Assembly: GCA_038136715.1 (NCBI GenBank)
Contig: JAYQAI010000003.1
Span: forward strand, 5,504 to 69,503
DNA length: 64,000 nucleotides
Direction of reading: 5' to 3'
Origin: Gammaproteobacteria bacterium
GTDB taxonomy: Bacteria > Pseudomonadota > Gammaproteobacteria > Pseudomonadales > Azotimanducaceae
Shown: positions 47,421-56,470 of the stretch, piece by piece
Numbering within the stretch: the first letter of the stretch is position 1
Layout of the letters: each line of letters begins with the position of its first letter
Notes under the pieces: generated by a model
Told to the model about the DNA's origin: nothing
What the model saw: only the letters and a program-made list of their open reading frames with translations
The model's database searches: none
Made by a program: the position numbers and the translations under genes

Positions 47421-48212
47421 ATGAAAAACCAGTACGGAGATGTAACAGTCACCAAGCTTGAAGGCCATGTCGTCCAGTGCGAGATCAGGCGACCGCCGAA
47501 CAACTTCTTTGATCACCAGCTGATCATGGACCTGGCCGACTGTTTTGAAGACATCGATGAAGATAAGGACATCCGTGCCATCGTCCTCTGCTCTGAGGGC
47601 AAGCACTTCTGCGCCGGCGCCAACTTTGGTTCCAGCGAGCGCGCTGCGGAACTTGAGAAACGCACAGAGAACGATCGCAACCCGCTTTATGACGAGGCGG
47701 TGCGACTCTTCCGCAGCAAAAAGCCCGTTGTCGCTGCCATCCAGGGCGCTGCGGTCGGCGGCGGTTTCGGTCTCGCACTCATGGCGGACTTCCGCACAGT
47801 GTGCCCGGCAACCCGGATGACGGCCAACTTCGTCAAGCTGGGTTTTACCCCCGGTTTTGGCCTGACGCACACCCTCGAACGCATTGTTGGCGCTCAGCGC
47901 GCCAACCTGTTGTTTCTGACGGGCAGGCGCATTAACGGTGAAACCGCACACGAGTGGGGTCTGGGCGACATCTACACAGACACTGACAATGTGCGCACTG
48001 CCGCGATTGAACTGGCCCAGGAGATTGCTGAGAACGCACCGCTCGCCCTCTTGTCGCTGCGTGAGCAGATGCGACCCGGCCTGGCCGACGCCGTCAATGC
48101 TGTCACAACGATAGAAAGTCGTGAACAGAAATGGCTGCAGTCCACGAATGATCATAAGGAAGGCATCAAGGCCGTCGCTGAGAAGCGTGCCGGAAACTTC
48201 ACCAACTCCTGA
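47421..48212 (+). CDS. enoyl-CoA hydratase/isomerase (crotonase) family protein
   Basis: Start set to ATG 47421, 4 nt after the SDR stop. 'RAIVLCSEGKHFCAGANF', 'AAIQGAAVGGGFGLAL.AD'. Confidence 0.9.
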   Translation: MKNQYGDVTVTKLEGHVVQCEIRRPPNNFFDHQLIMDLADCFEDIDEDKDIRAIVLCSEGKHFCAGANFGSSERAAELEKRTENDRNPLYDEAVRLFRSKKPVVAAIQGAAVGGGFGLALMADFRTVCPATRMTANFVKLGFTPGFGLTHTLERIVGAQRANLLFLTGRRINGETAHEWGLGDIYTDTDNVRTAAIELAQEIAENAPLALLSLREQMRPGLADAVNAVTTIESREQKWLQSTNDHKEGIKAVAEKRAGNFTNS

Positions 48213-48225
48213 TCGACCTTATCGA

Positions 48226-48247
48226 GTGCCCGGCATTCGCCGGGCAC
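48226..48247. terminator. GC-rich hairpin between convergent genes (possible bidirectional terminator, no U-tract)
   Basis: GTGCCCGGC (48226-34), attc, GCCGGGCAC (48239-47): a perfect 9-bp stem. It is followed by TTCTC on the plus strand only. Confidence 0.35.
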
Positions 48248-48290
48248 TTCTCGCAGCCACATCACTTCGGCTACCTGGAACAAGACCTAT

Positions 48291-49322
48291 CTAGAACAAG
48301 CCTGTCAGTTCGTAGATCCGATCGGACACATAAGAAAATTCATCCACCGGCGTCCTGCCAAGCCTGACGATCACCAGATCCTTGTCAGGATCACAGAGAA
48401 TTCGCTGACCGTCATAGCCGCCACAGTAAAACTGGTTCGGGCTGGCTGGATTCATCCACCAGTGAGCACCGTAACACTCCTGCTCCGACAGAAAAGTCGG
48501 GGTCCGGGCATAATCGACCCACTCCCGTGGCAGAATCTGCGTGCCGTTCCAGCTGCCACCTCGCAAATACAAAAGCCCGAAACGGGCAAAATCCTGCGGG
48601 ATGGCCATGAGGAAAGAAGAACCGATAAAAGTGCCAGACGTATCAAACTTGGGTGTTGCGGTGCGCACGCCAATGGGCTCGAACAACTCGTCATTCATAA
48701 ACCTCAGCATGCCGCTGGCACCGTTACCAATAACATCTTTCAGGATGCGGCAGATGATATTCGTGGTGCCACTGGAATAGTGCCAGTGTGAACCTGGCTC
48801 GTGCTCAAGTGGTTTTGCCGCCGCGAAAGCACCGGTATCGTGCCGGCCATCGGACATCAGCATGGGAATGACATCCGAGGCAACGCCATCGACATAGTCT
48901 TCCTGAAACGCAAGGCCGCTTGACATGCGCAGGAGCTGGTCCATCGTGATCTCGCGTCGCGCATCTTCGCGCCATTCAGGCACATCGACCGGTGCGTAAA
49001 GGTCAATCCTCCCTTGATTGACCAGAATGCCGACCAGTGCATGGGTAACACTCTTTGCCATCGACCAGGAGTACTGCAGGTAAAACGGATTGGCACCAGC
49101 ATCATAAAGTTCACAGCAAATCTGGCCGCGATGAACGACAATCATGGCATAGGTGACGCCCTGGGCGACGTTCAAATCAAAGATTTCATCGACCAGGCTG
49201 ACGAACCGGTCATTGTCTGCAGTATCCGGTTCAACTCGCGGCCAGCTGTCGGTCGGCCAGGCAACGCCATCAGGCTGGGCAGGCAAATTAGGTAGATCTT
49301 TGGCGACAGAGGCCCTGAGCAT
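48291..49322 (-). CDS. serine hydrolase, beta-lactamase/class-C transpeptidase fold
   Basis: SxxK motif 'SMAKS'. About 343 aa from ATG 49322. The longer ORF start at 49421 would overlap the upstream gene by 89 nt. Confidence 0.8.
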   Translation of the reverse strand: MLRASVAKDLPNLPAQPDGVAWPTDSWPRVEPDTADNDRFVSLVDEIFDLNVAQGVTYAMIVVHRGQICCELYDAGANPFYLQYSWSMAKSVTHALVGILVNQGRIDLYAPVDVPEWREDARREITMDQLLRMSSGLAFQEDYVDGVASDVIPMLMSDGRHDTGAFAAAKPLEHEPGSHWHYSSGTTNIICRILKDVIGNGASGMLRFMNDELFEPIGVRTATPKFDTSGTFIGSSFLMAIPQDFARFGLLYLRGGSWNGTQILPREWVDYARTPTFLSEQECYGAHWWMNPASPNQFYCGGYDGQRILCDPDKDLVIVRLGRTPVDEFSYVSDRIYELTGLF

Positions 49323-49332
49323 GGTTACTGAC

Positions 49333-50010
49333 TTACCTGCGGTTTTGATAAGTGCGAATCGCGGCGAGCGACAGCCTGTAATGGTAGCCGATCTGCTCGT
49401 CGTCGTATCGGTGCGCTGCACCTACCGGACAGGCGAGCCGCGCAAGGCACTGCGACGCACATGAGGACGCCTGACCGAGCCGATGCTCGGCGCACGCGCC
49501 AAAGTTGAACGCGGCTTCATCCACGGCCGACGCCGGACAGGCAGTGATGCAGGGCCTGGCCTGACAGGTATGACAGGGGTGCGGAGACCGTTCCTGCGTC
49601 GATTCATAATCAGTGTCCGCTGCAACGACCGCACGATAAGCGAACCAGGTGCCGTATTCCGGGTGAACGCCGATACCCATGGGGCTTCGATGCTGCCAGC
49701 CCAGCCGCTCTCCCAGCTCGCTCAGGTCCACTGCAAGGTAGTCCCGCGGATACAGCAGATGGAAATCGTTAACATCAATTCGACGCAAGAAATCGACAAC
49801 CAGCCCCTCGCTGAACCGATCGAGCCGATCATCCTCTTCCGACCTGGCGCTGGATGCCTGCCAGATACGCCGTCCGGCATGGCCGAAAACCAACAGTTGG
49901 CGAAAACGTGCCGCCTCGACTGGCAGTATCAGGCCCGTGGTCGCCAGCACGCCCTGCAGAACCAGACCCGCAGCTCTGAGTTCTGCATCAGCCAGGCGGG
50001 TCAACGACAA
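49333..50010 (-). CDS. 4Fe-4S dicluster protein, QueG / reductive-dehalogenase-like ferredoxin domain
   Basis: 'HPEYGTWFAYRAVV' followed by 'CHTCQARPCITACP' and 'CAEH...CASQCLARLACP' cysteine clusters. Apparent TTG start overlapping the upstream gene's stop. Confidence 0.65.
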   Translation of the reverse strand: MSLTRLADAELRAAGLVLQGVLATTGLILPVEAARFRQLLVFGHAGRRIWQASSARSEEDDRLDRFSEGLVVDFLRRIDVNDFHLLYPRDYLAVDLSELGERLGWQHRSPMGIGVHPEYGTWFAYRAVVAADTDYESTQERSPHPCHTCQARPCITACPASAVDEAAFNFGACAEHRLGQASSCASQCLARLACPVGAAHRYDDEQIGYHYRLSLAAIRTYQNRR

Positions 50011-51836
50011 CCCATCGATTCATATTCAGCCGGAACGAAATATTCACCCCGGAATTGCCAACGATAGACGTCGCAGCGCTCAGCCGCTGAACTAAAGGTC
50101 GGATCGGAGAAAAACTCTGCCTTGATACCGTCCAGCGTCAGCGCCTCCTGCACCATCCGGATACCGCCATCCAGTTCCGTATCAAGAATGAGCAAATTGC
50201 CATTGGCATTACCCTGCCGCCACGGCTGCCAGGCAGGATCCTCGGCAAGCCTGCCCTGCCCGGGATTGCCTGAATAAGCGAACTCGGCCCAATAAGACAT
50301 CATTGAACCCGACAAGAGCTCAACCGCATCGAACGTCGAACCCGGGAAGATCAGCCTGGACGGTGGCGGAAAATTACCGAAAACGAACGCCAGGTCCAGC
50401 GCGTGAGCGGCACCGAGCAGATCTTTTAAATCAATGAACCCGAGGTTGCGCCAGTCGTCGGCGTCGAAGCGGTAAGCGAAGATATGGTCAGGTGTATTCA
50501 GGCTCATGGCATCCGCCAGTCGGTCGACGTTGGCAACGCGCCAGAGCCTGCTGCCGTAAGAGGCATCCCGGTTGTATACCTCGAGGTCCTTGATGTCTGT
50601 CGGCCAGCCGTCGTCGATCTCGACATACTCGGGCAGGAATGCCATGAAAAGTTTGGCCTCATCCCGGTTGCTGCCAAGAATCACCGGGACATCGGTCGCG
50701 TAGCCGGTTGGATCAGAGAAGGTGCGCTCAACATCATCGTCCAGCAGAACATAGCCGTCGGCAAAAATCATCGGCATCGAGATCAGACCGGCAAACCAGT
50801 TATCATAAATGCGATAAAGATCTTGCGCCGTCAGGCTCCGCAACCAGAGCGCAAGCTCCGCTTGCGGAATCTGGTCCTGCATATCAATACCGGCCTGCTT
50901 GTCGAATGCCCGGCCTTCGTTGACCAGCCAGCGTGCCACCGCCTCGCGTGATGATAAAACGGTTTCTCCCGTGGAATCCGTGCCGACCTGTTGAGCCTCT
51001 TCGACGCTGAATACTTCCAGCGCCCCGCTCTGCACAATTGCCTGCTGGAACAGCCCCCGTGCAAGCGGTGATGCGAGCAGGCTGAGGACGTTGCTGCCCC
51101 CTGCGGACTCACCGAAAATAGTGACTCGCCTGGGGTCGCCGCCAAACCGGTGGATGTTTGCCTGTACCCACCTCAGTGCCGCAATCAGATCAAGCGTGCC
51201 GAAATTGCCTGATGCATCTTCCGGTGTGGTTGAAGTCTCCATCAGGGCATCGTGGGCAAACCAGCCGAGCGGCCCCATGCGGTAATTGACTGACACCACA
51301 ATGACATCATGCTCGGAGACCATCAGTGAGCCATTGTAAAGGTCTATGTCTTCGCTCCCGCCCGAGCCCATGGCATTGCCGCCACCATGAATCCAGAACA
51401 TGACCGGCAACCGATCATCCCCTGTCGGAATCAGGGTAGGCCCGATCGTCGGCGCCCAGATGTTCAGGTAGAGACAGTCTTCGTTCCCGATGTAACCACG
51501 GCCCTGATCACTGTCCGGCAGCACCGGCAGTTGCACGCAGGGGTCACCAAATTCGAATGCCTCACGACGCCCCGTCCAGGGCAGCGGCGGGCGGGGCGCT
51601 TTCCAGCGCAGGTCCCTGACTGGTGGCTGCGCATAGGGGATGCCGAGCCAGGCGTGGGCATCGTAACGGCCCTGGTAGCCCACCAGCTCACCATAATCAG
51701 TCATGCGGACGGAGGAAGGAGATGCAATCCGAGCCAGCGGCTCATCCGGCTTAAGGTAGAAATAGATCCCGGTCAGCATGCTCAGAAAACCGAGAATCAC
51801 TGTCAGCACGAGGATGAGCAGTATTCTTAGCATCAA
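50001..51836 (-). CDS. type-B carboxylesterase/lipase family protein with N-terminal membrane anchor
   Basis: 'WIHGGGNAMGSG' oxyanion hole, nucleophile 'FGESAGG', N-terminal 'LRILLILVLTVILGFLSML'. Confidence 0.9.
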   Translation of the reverse strand: MMLRILLILVLTVILGFLSMLTGIYFYLKPDEPLARIASPSSVRMTDYGELVGYQGRYDAHAWLGIPYAQPPVRDLRWKAPRPPLPWTGRREAFEFGDPCVQLPVLPDSDQGRGYIGNEDCLYLNIWAPTIGPTLIPTGDDRLPVMFWIHGGGNAMGSGGSEDIDLYNGSLMVSEHDVIVVSVNYRMGPLGWFAHDALMETSTTPEDASGNFGTLDLIAALRWVQANIHRFGGDPRRVTIFGESAGGSNVLSLLASPLARGLFQQAIVQSGALEVFSVEEAQQVGTDSTGETVLSSREAVARWLVNEGRAFDKQAGIDMQDQIPQAELALWLRSLTAQDLYRIYDNWFAGLISMPMIFADGYVLLDDDVERTFSDPTGYATDVPVILGSNRDEAKLFMAFLPEYVEIDDGWPTDIKDLEVYNRDASYGSRLWRVANVDRLADAMSLNTPDHIFAYRFDADDWRNLGFIDLKDLLGAAHALDLAFVFGNFPPPSRLIFPGSTFDAVELLSGSMMSYWAEFAYSGNPGQGRLAEDPAWQPWRQGNANGNLLILDTELDGGIRMVQEALTLDGIKAEFFSDPTFSSAAERCDVYRWQFRGEYFVPAEYESMGCR

Positions 51837-51941
51837 CGTTACCCTAACACTCCAAGTGATCTACTTATACCACTATTCTCAGGGCGGTTTGCCAGTGGTA
51901 TGTAAGCAGTTTACGATCAGGCAAAAATCAGGAGAAAGCAA

Positions 51942-52289
51942 ATGATCATTGTTGTTGCCGCACTTGAGTTTGAGGACCAGGCCTCGCGCGACGCCGCGGT
52001 TGAGAAAACCGCCGACATCCAGATGGCAACCCGACAGGAAGAGGCCGGCTGCCATGCCTACTGTTTTGCACCCGACCCGTCGGTGCCGACACGTATCCAG
52101 GTGTACGAGCTCTGGGAGGACAGCGACTCTCTCGCGGCTCACTTCAAGCATCCGAACTATGATGCCATGGTCGCAGCACTCTCCAGCGCCGGCATCAGGG
52201 AAAGCATCAACCAGGCCTACCTGACAGAACGCAGCGAACCCGTTTACGGCCCCAACGGTGAACGCAAAGAAGCCTTCTTCGCCGACTGA
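51942..52289 (+). CDS. antibiotic-biosynthesis-monooxygenase (ABM, ferredoxin-like fold) family protein
   Basis: 115 aa. 'C..Y.F..D......I.V.E.W.D...L..H' pattern. GGAGAAAG Shine-Dalgarno. Confidence 0.75.
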   Translation: MIIVVAALEFEDQASRDAAVEKTADIQMATRQEEAGCHAYCFAPDPSVPTRIQVYELWEDSDSLAAHFKHPNYDAMVAALSSAGIRESINQAYLTERSEPVYGPNGERKEAFFAD

Positions 52290-52298
52290 GGTGACGCC

Positions 52299-53552
52299 AT
52301 GCATCAGATACTGACCAATGCCACCCTGTTTACCGCACTCGACGAGCAGGCCATCGACAATGCAGCGATCTGGATCGAGGGTAACCGGGTCCGCTATGCC
52401 GGGCCCGCTGCCGGGCTGAAAGACGCCCCGGCTGACGTCGTCCAGCAGGATCTCGGCGGCCGCTTTGTTATGCCAGGCATGACAGAAACGCACGCGCACC
52501 TGTCTTTTGCTGACGCCTCACCTTTCGCCATCGGGCAAACGCTGGTTGAAGAGGCAACCATTACGGCGGTCCGCAACTCGCGTCTCATGGTCGCATCAGG
52601 GTTTACCAGCGCGGTCAGTTTTGGTTCCACTTACAAAATCGATATTGCCCTGCGTGCCGCCATTGAAAGTGGTCGCGTGATCGGCCCGCGCCTGCTTGCC
52701 GCCGGCCGTGATCTCGGTACGACTTCCAGCAACGTCGATTCGCCCGGCGGTCTCAGCCAGATTGCTGATGGCCCCTGGGCGCTCAGACAAGCGGTGAGAG
52801 AGCAGCGCAAAATTGGTGTCGACGTGGTCAAAATCTTCGTCGATGGTGAGAACATCAATACCCAGAACCCTGCCGGCGAACTCTCGTTTACCGACGAGGA
52901 AATCAATGCGGTTGTCGAAGAGGCCCACCGCCGCAAGATGAAGGTTGCCTGCCACTCGCGTTCAGCTGACGCCGTGAAACAAGCTGTGCGGGCCGGTGTC
53001 GACTTTGTCGGCCATGCCAATTATCTCGATGATGAAGCCGTTGAACTCATTGCGGCCCGCAGGGATTCCATTTTTGTCGGCCCGGCAATCGCCTGGGAGG
53101 TTGCCTACCTTGAGAAATGCGAAACGCTGGGAATTTCGCGTCAAACAGTCATTGACCAGGGTTACCAGGAAGAAATCGAAGCCACGCAGCGCACCGTGGA
53201 GAAACTGCGGGCGGCGGGTATCATGCTGGTGGTCGGCGGTGACTATGGTATTTCCATCGCACCGCACGGCACTTACGCTAAAGATCTCGAACACTTTGTC
53301 ACCCTGTTCGGCATGCGCAACGCAGAAGCAATCATCTGTGCCACCCGCAATGGCGGCCTCGCCTACAACCTTAACGGCGAGGTCGGCACACTTGCTGAAG
53401 GCTCGCTGGCAGATCTGGTTATCGTCGACGGCGACCCGCTCTCCGACATTACCGTGTTGCAGGATCACAGCCTGCTGACCGTGATGAAAGACGGTGTGCT
53501 GTATCACGATCTTGCCAACGACAACCCTTACCTGAGCCAATTGTCTGAGTGA
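52299..53552 (+). CDS. amidohydrolase-family metal-dependent hydrolase
   Basis: 'PGMTETHAHL' (HxH metal site), 'VKIFVDGE', 'ACHSRS', 'GGDYG', 'ADLVIVDGDP'. 9-nt gap after the ABM gene. Confidence 0.85.
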   Translation: MHQILTNATLFTALDEQAIDNAAIWIEGNRVRYAGPAAGLKDAPADVVQQDLGGRFVMPGMTETHAHLSFADASPFAIGQTLVEEATITAVRNSRLMVASGFTSAVSFGSTYKIDIALRAAIESGRVIGPRLLAAGRDLGTTSSNVDSPGGLSQIADGPWALRQAVREQRKIGVDVVKIFVDGENINTQNPAGELSFTDEEINAVVEEAHRRKMKVACHSRSADAVKQAVRAGVDFVGHANYLDDEAVELIAARRDSIFVGPAIAWEVAYLEKCETLGISRQTVIDQGYQEEIEATQRTVEKLRAAGIMLVVGGDYGISIAPHGTYAKDLEHFVTLFGMRNAEAIICATRNGGLAYNLNGEVGTLAEGSLADLVIVDGDPLSDITVLQDHSLLTVMKDGVLYHDLANDNPYLSQLSE

Positions 53553-54796
53553 TCCGCATGCCGACACCAATGAATGCACAGAGCCGGGACTGGGCTGATC
53601 TGAAACAGGAAATGATCGACCGCGGCGGCGACGATGCGAAGTGGCGCGACGGCAAGACCGCTGTCTATGTTTTCAATGCCGGCGAAGACGTTGCCCAGGT
53701 TCAGAAAGAAGCGTATACCCTCTACATGTCTGAGAACGGTCTCGGCCCCCTCGCCTTTCCCAGCCTGAAGCAGATGGAAGACGAAGTGGTCGGCATGGGC
53801 CTGTCGCTGCTGCACGGCCCTGAAGGCAGTACCGGTACGATTACGTCCGGCGGCACTGACTCCATCAATATGGCCGTCAAGGCAGCGCGCGACTATGCAG
53901 CGACGACGGGAGGTGTCACGGGCACACCGAATATCGTGCTGCCCTGGTCAGCGCATCCCGCTTTTGACAAGGCCTGCGACATCATGGGGCTTGAGAAGCG
54001 GCGCGTCCCCGTCACCGCTGATCTGCTCGCTGACGTGGCCGCCATGGATGACGCCTGTGATAACAACACCATCATGCTGGTCGGCTCTGCTCCAAGTTTT
54101 CCCTACGGCCTGATCGACCCCATCGAAGGGCTGGGCGATGTCGCGACCCGGAGGAATATCTGGCTGCATGTCGACGCCTGTGTCGGCGGCTACATCGCCC
54201 CGTTCGTGCGCATGAATGGAGCTGACATACCGCCTTTTGATTTTGAGGTAGAGGGTGTCTGCTCAATGTCAGCCGACCTGCACAAGTATGGCTATTGCGC
54301 CAAGGGCGCCTCAACTGTGCTGTTCCGCTCGGAAGCACTGAAACAACATATGATTTTTGACTGCAGCGACTGGCCCGGCGGCCGCATGGTGACCCCTACC
54401 CTCGCTGGTACACGGCCCGGAGGCGCCATTTCAGCCGCCTGGGCGGTCATGAATTATCTCGGGATCGAGGGCTATCGCGCCAAACACGGGCAGGTTACTG
54501 CTGCCCGCGAAGCGGTTGCCGCCGGTGTGACTGAACTCGGCTTCGAGATTCTCGGTGAACCCAGACTCGGCATCATCGCCTTCTCTCATCCGGAAGTGGA
54601 TGTGTTCGCCGTCTATCGCCAGATGTACCGCAAGGGCTGGTTTACCAGCCTCACCACAGAACCCAAAGCCCTTCATCTCATGCTGTCGCCGTTCCATATC
54701 GGTGTGACCGATACTTACCTCCGCGATCTCCAAGAGTCGCTTGGTGCTGTCGAAGCCGGTGCCAGTGACAGCGTGACCGAGGCAAGATACAGCTGA
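53549..54796 (+). CDS. PLP-dependent group II decarboxylase-fold enzyme, sphingosine-1-phosphate-lyase-like
   Basis: 'GKTAVYVF......VQKEAY.LY..EN.L.P.AFPSLKQMEDEVV' resembles the S1P-lyase N-domain. PLP-lysine motif 'SADLHKYGY'. The GTG 53549 start overlaps the upstream stop (alternative ATG at 53558). Confidence 0.8.
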   Translation: MIRMPTPMNAQSRDWADLKQEMIDRGGDDAKWRDGKTAVYVFNAGEDVAQVQKEAYTLYMSENGLGPLAFPSLKQMEDEVVGMGLSLLHGPEGSTGTITSGGTDSINMAVKAARDYAATTGGVTGTPNIVLPWSAHPAFDKACDIMGLEKRRVPVTADLLADVAAMDDACDNNTIMLVGSAPSFPYGLIDPIEGLGDVATRRNIWLHVDACVGGYIAPFVRMNGADIPPFDFEVEGVCSMSADLHKYGYCAKGASTVLFRSEALKQHMIFDCSDWPGGRMVTPTLAGTRPGGAISAAWAVMNYLGIEGYRAKHGQVTAAREAVAAGVTELGFEILGEPRLGIIAFSHPEVDVFAVYRQMYRKGWFTSLTTEPKALHLMLSPFHIGVTDTYLRDLQESLGAVEAGASDSVTEARYS

Positions 54797-54826
54797 TCAC
54801 AATAATAAAGTAGGACGGAGTGACCC

Positions 54827-56431
54827 ATGAGTTTCGAGTGGAACTATGGCGACATTATTGAAGCCATGGAAAGCATCACGCCGCCGGAACAGCCGGCGCT
54901 GATTCACGGCGATAGAGCCATTACCTGGGGCGAGTTCGCGCGACGCACCAACAACCTTGCCAACAATCTGCTGGCCAGCGGCGTCAAACCGGGCGACAAG
55001 GTAGCGTTCTATCTGCGCAATTGCCCGGAGTATGCGGAGGGCATCGCCGCCTGTTTCAAGGCAGCACTGGTGCACGTCAATGTGAACTATCGCTACATAG
55101 ACCATGAGCTGATCTACCTGATCGACAATTCCGATGCGACAGTGGTGATCTACCAGACCGAATTCCAGGAACATATCGACCATATCAGAGGCCAGCTGCC
55201 AGATGTTATTCACTGGCTGGCAGTCGATGATGGCGCACCGTCGCCCTATGAAGCCATGGTAAATGAAGGCGACGGCACGCCCTGCGCCATCGAACGCAGT
55301 CCCGATGACATGCTGTTCCTTTATACCGGCGGCACCACGGGTATGCCAAAGGGCGTCATGTGGGGCCAGCACGATCTGTTCAGCGTGCTCGGCGCCGGCG
55401 GCAACGCCCGTCTCGGCACGCCACCCTGCGAGGATATTGAGGAGCTGAAAGCCCGCATCAGCGCGAATCCGCGGACCGTGAACCTGCCGCTGCCACCCAT
55501 TATGCATGGCACGGGGTTATTGTCCGCGATTGGCGCCATGGCGGGTGGTGGCACCTGTATCACTCTGCCCTCACATCACTATGATGCGGAAGAGGCCCTG
55601 GCCGCGATCGACCAGCACGGCGTTACCATGGTGACTATTGTTGGCGATGCTTTTGCTCGCCCCATGGTAGAGGCACTCGACGCCAACCCGGGCCGGTACG
55701 ACATTTCATCTGTCCAGATTATCTCGTCTTCCGGCGTTATGTGGACCCGGGAGGTGAAGGCCGGGTTACTGAGCCACAACGAGAACCTGCTCCTGTCTGA
55801 CGGGTTTTCTTCCAGCGAGGCGATCGGTCTTGGCACCTCGCTGATGACCAAGGATCAGGAAATTGAAGTCGCAAGCTTCACGCTCGGCCCCCGCTGCAAG
55901 GTATTCACCGAGGACCTGCGCGAGGTTACACCCGGCTCTGATGAATCAGGCATGGTGGCAGTCACCGGCTTCCTGCCGAAGGGTTACTACAAGGACCAGG
56001 AAAAGACGGACAAGACCTTCAAGGTGATTGACGGTGTCCGCTACTCAATCCCTGGCGACTGGGTCAAAGTTGAGACAGATGGCAGCCTGACGCTGCTGGG
56101 TCGAGGCAGTAACTGCATCAATACCGCCGGCGAGAAGGTCTACCCCGAAGAAGTCGAGGAAGCGCTGAAGTTTCACGACGCGGTCGCTGACGCCCTCGTG
56201 GTTGGCGTCCAGGACGACAAGTGGGGACAGGCCATCACTGCCGTGGTACAGCCGAACCAGGGCGCCACGATCGATGAGTCCGCGTTACGGACGTTCTGTC
56301 GCGAGCACCTTGCGGCCTACAAGATTCCGAAACGGATTCTGGCGAAAGACAACCTTGGTCGTGCGCCGAATGGGAAGGCTGACTACAAGTCGATAAAAGC
56401 CTTCGCTGAAGCTGAGCTGGGCATCAGTTAA
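54827..56431 (+). CDS. AMP-dependent acyl-CoA synthetase/ligase
   Basis: AMP-binding signature 'LYTGGTTGMPKGV', 'GD....D.DG.L...GR', C-terminal 'PNGKADY'. Confidence 0.9.
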   Translation: MSFEWNYGDIIEAMESITPPEQPALIHGDRAITWGEFARRTNNLANNLLASGVKPGDKVAFYLRNCPEYAEGIAACFKAALVHVNVNYRYIDHELIYLIDNSDATVVIYQTEFQEHIDHIRGQLPDVIHWLAVDDGAPSPYEAMVNEGDGTPCAIERSPDDMLFLYTGGTTGMPKGVMWGQHDLFSVLGAGGNARLGTPPCEDIEELKARISANPRTVNLPLPPIMHGTGLLSAIGAMAGGGTCITLPSHHYDAEEALAAIDQHGVTMVTIVGDAFARPMVEALDANPGRYDISSVQIISSSGVMWTREVKAGLLSHNENLLLSDGFSSSEAIGLGTSLMTKDQEIEVASFTLGPRCKVFTEDLREVTPGSDESGMVAVTGFLPKGYYKDQEKTDKTFKVIDGVRYSIPGDWVKVETDGSLTLLGRGSNCINTAGEKVYPEEVEEALKFHDAVADALVVGVQDDKWGQAITAVVQPNQGATIDESALRTFCREHLAAYKIPKRILAKDNLGRAPNGKADYKSIKAFAEAELGIS

Positions 56432-56470
56432 CCCTGTGTAAACGCACACCAGCGACAGTCCGGGTCCAGC

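Noticed and set aside
47247-48155. 302-aa antisense ORF opposite the crotonase gene. Others occur at 44725-45333, 17456-18112, 52962-53579, 54797-55507 and 51879-52499.
   Set aside because: Same reasoning as above. The sense-strand genes carry clear family signatures (crotonase, alpha/beta hydrolase, FMN oxidase, amidohydrolase, acyl-CoA synthetase) and the antisense translations carry none.
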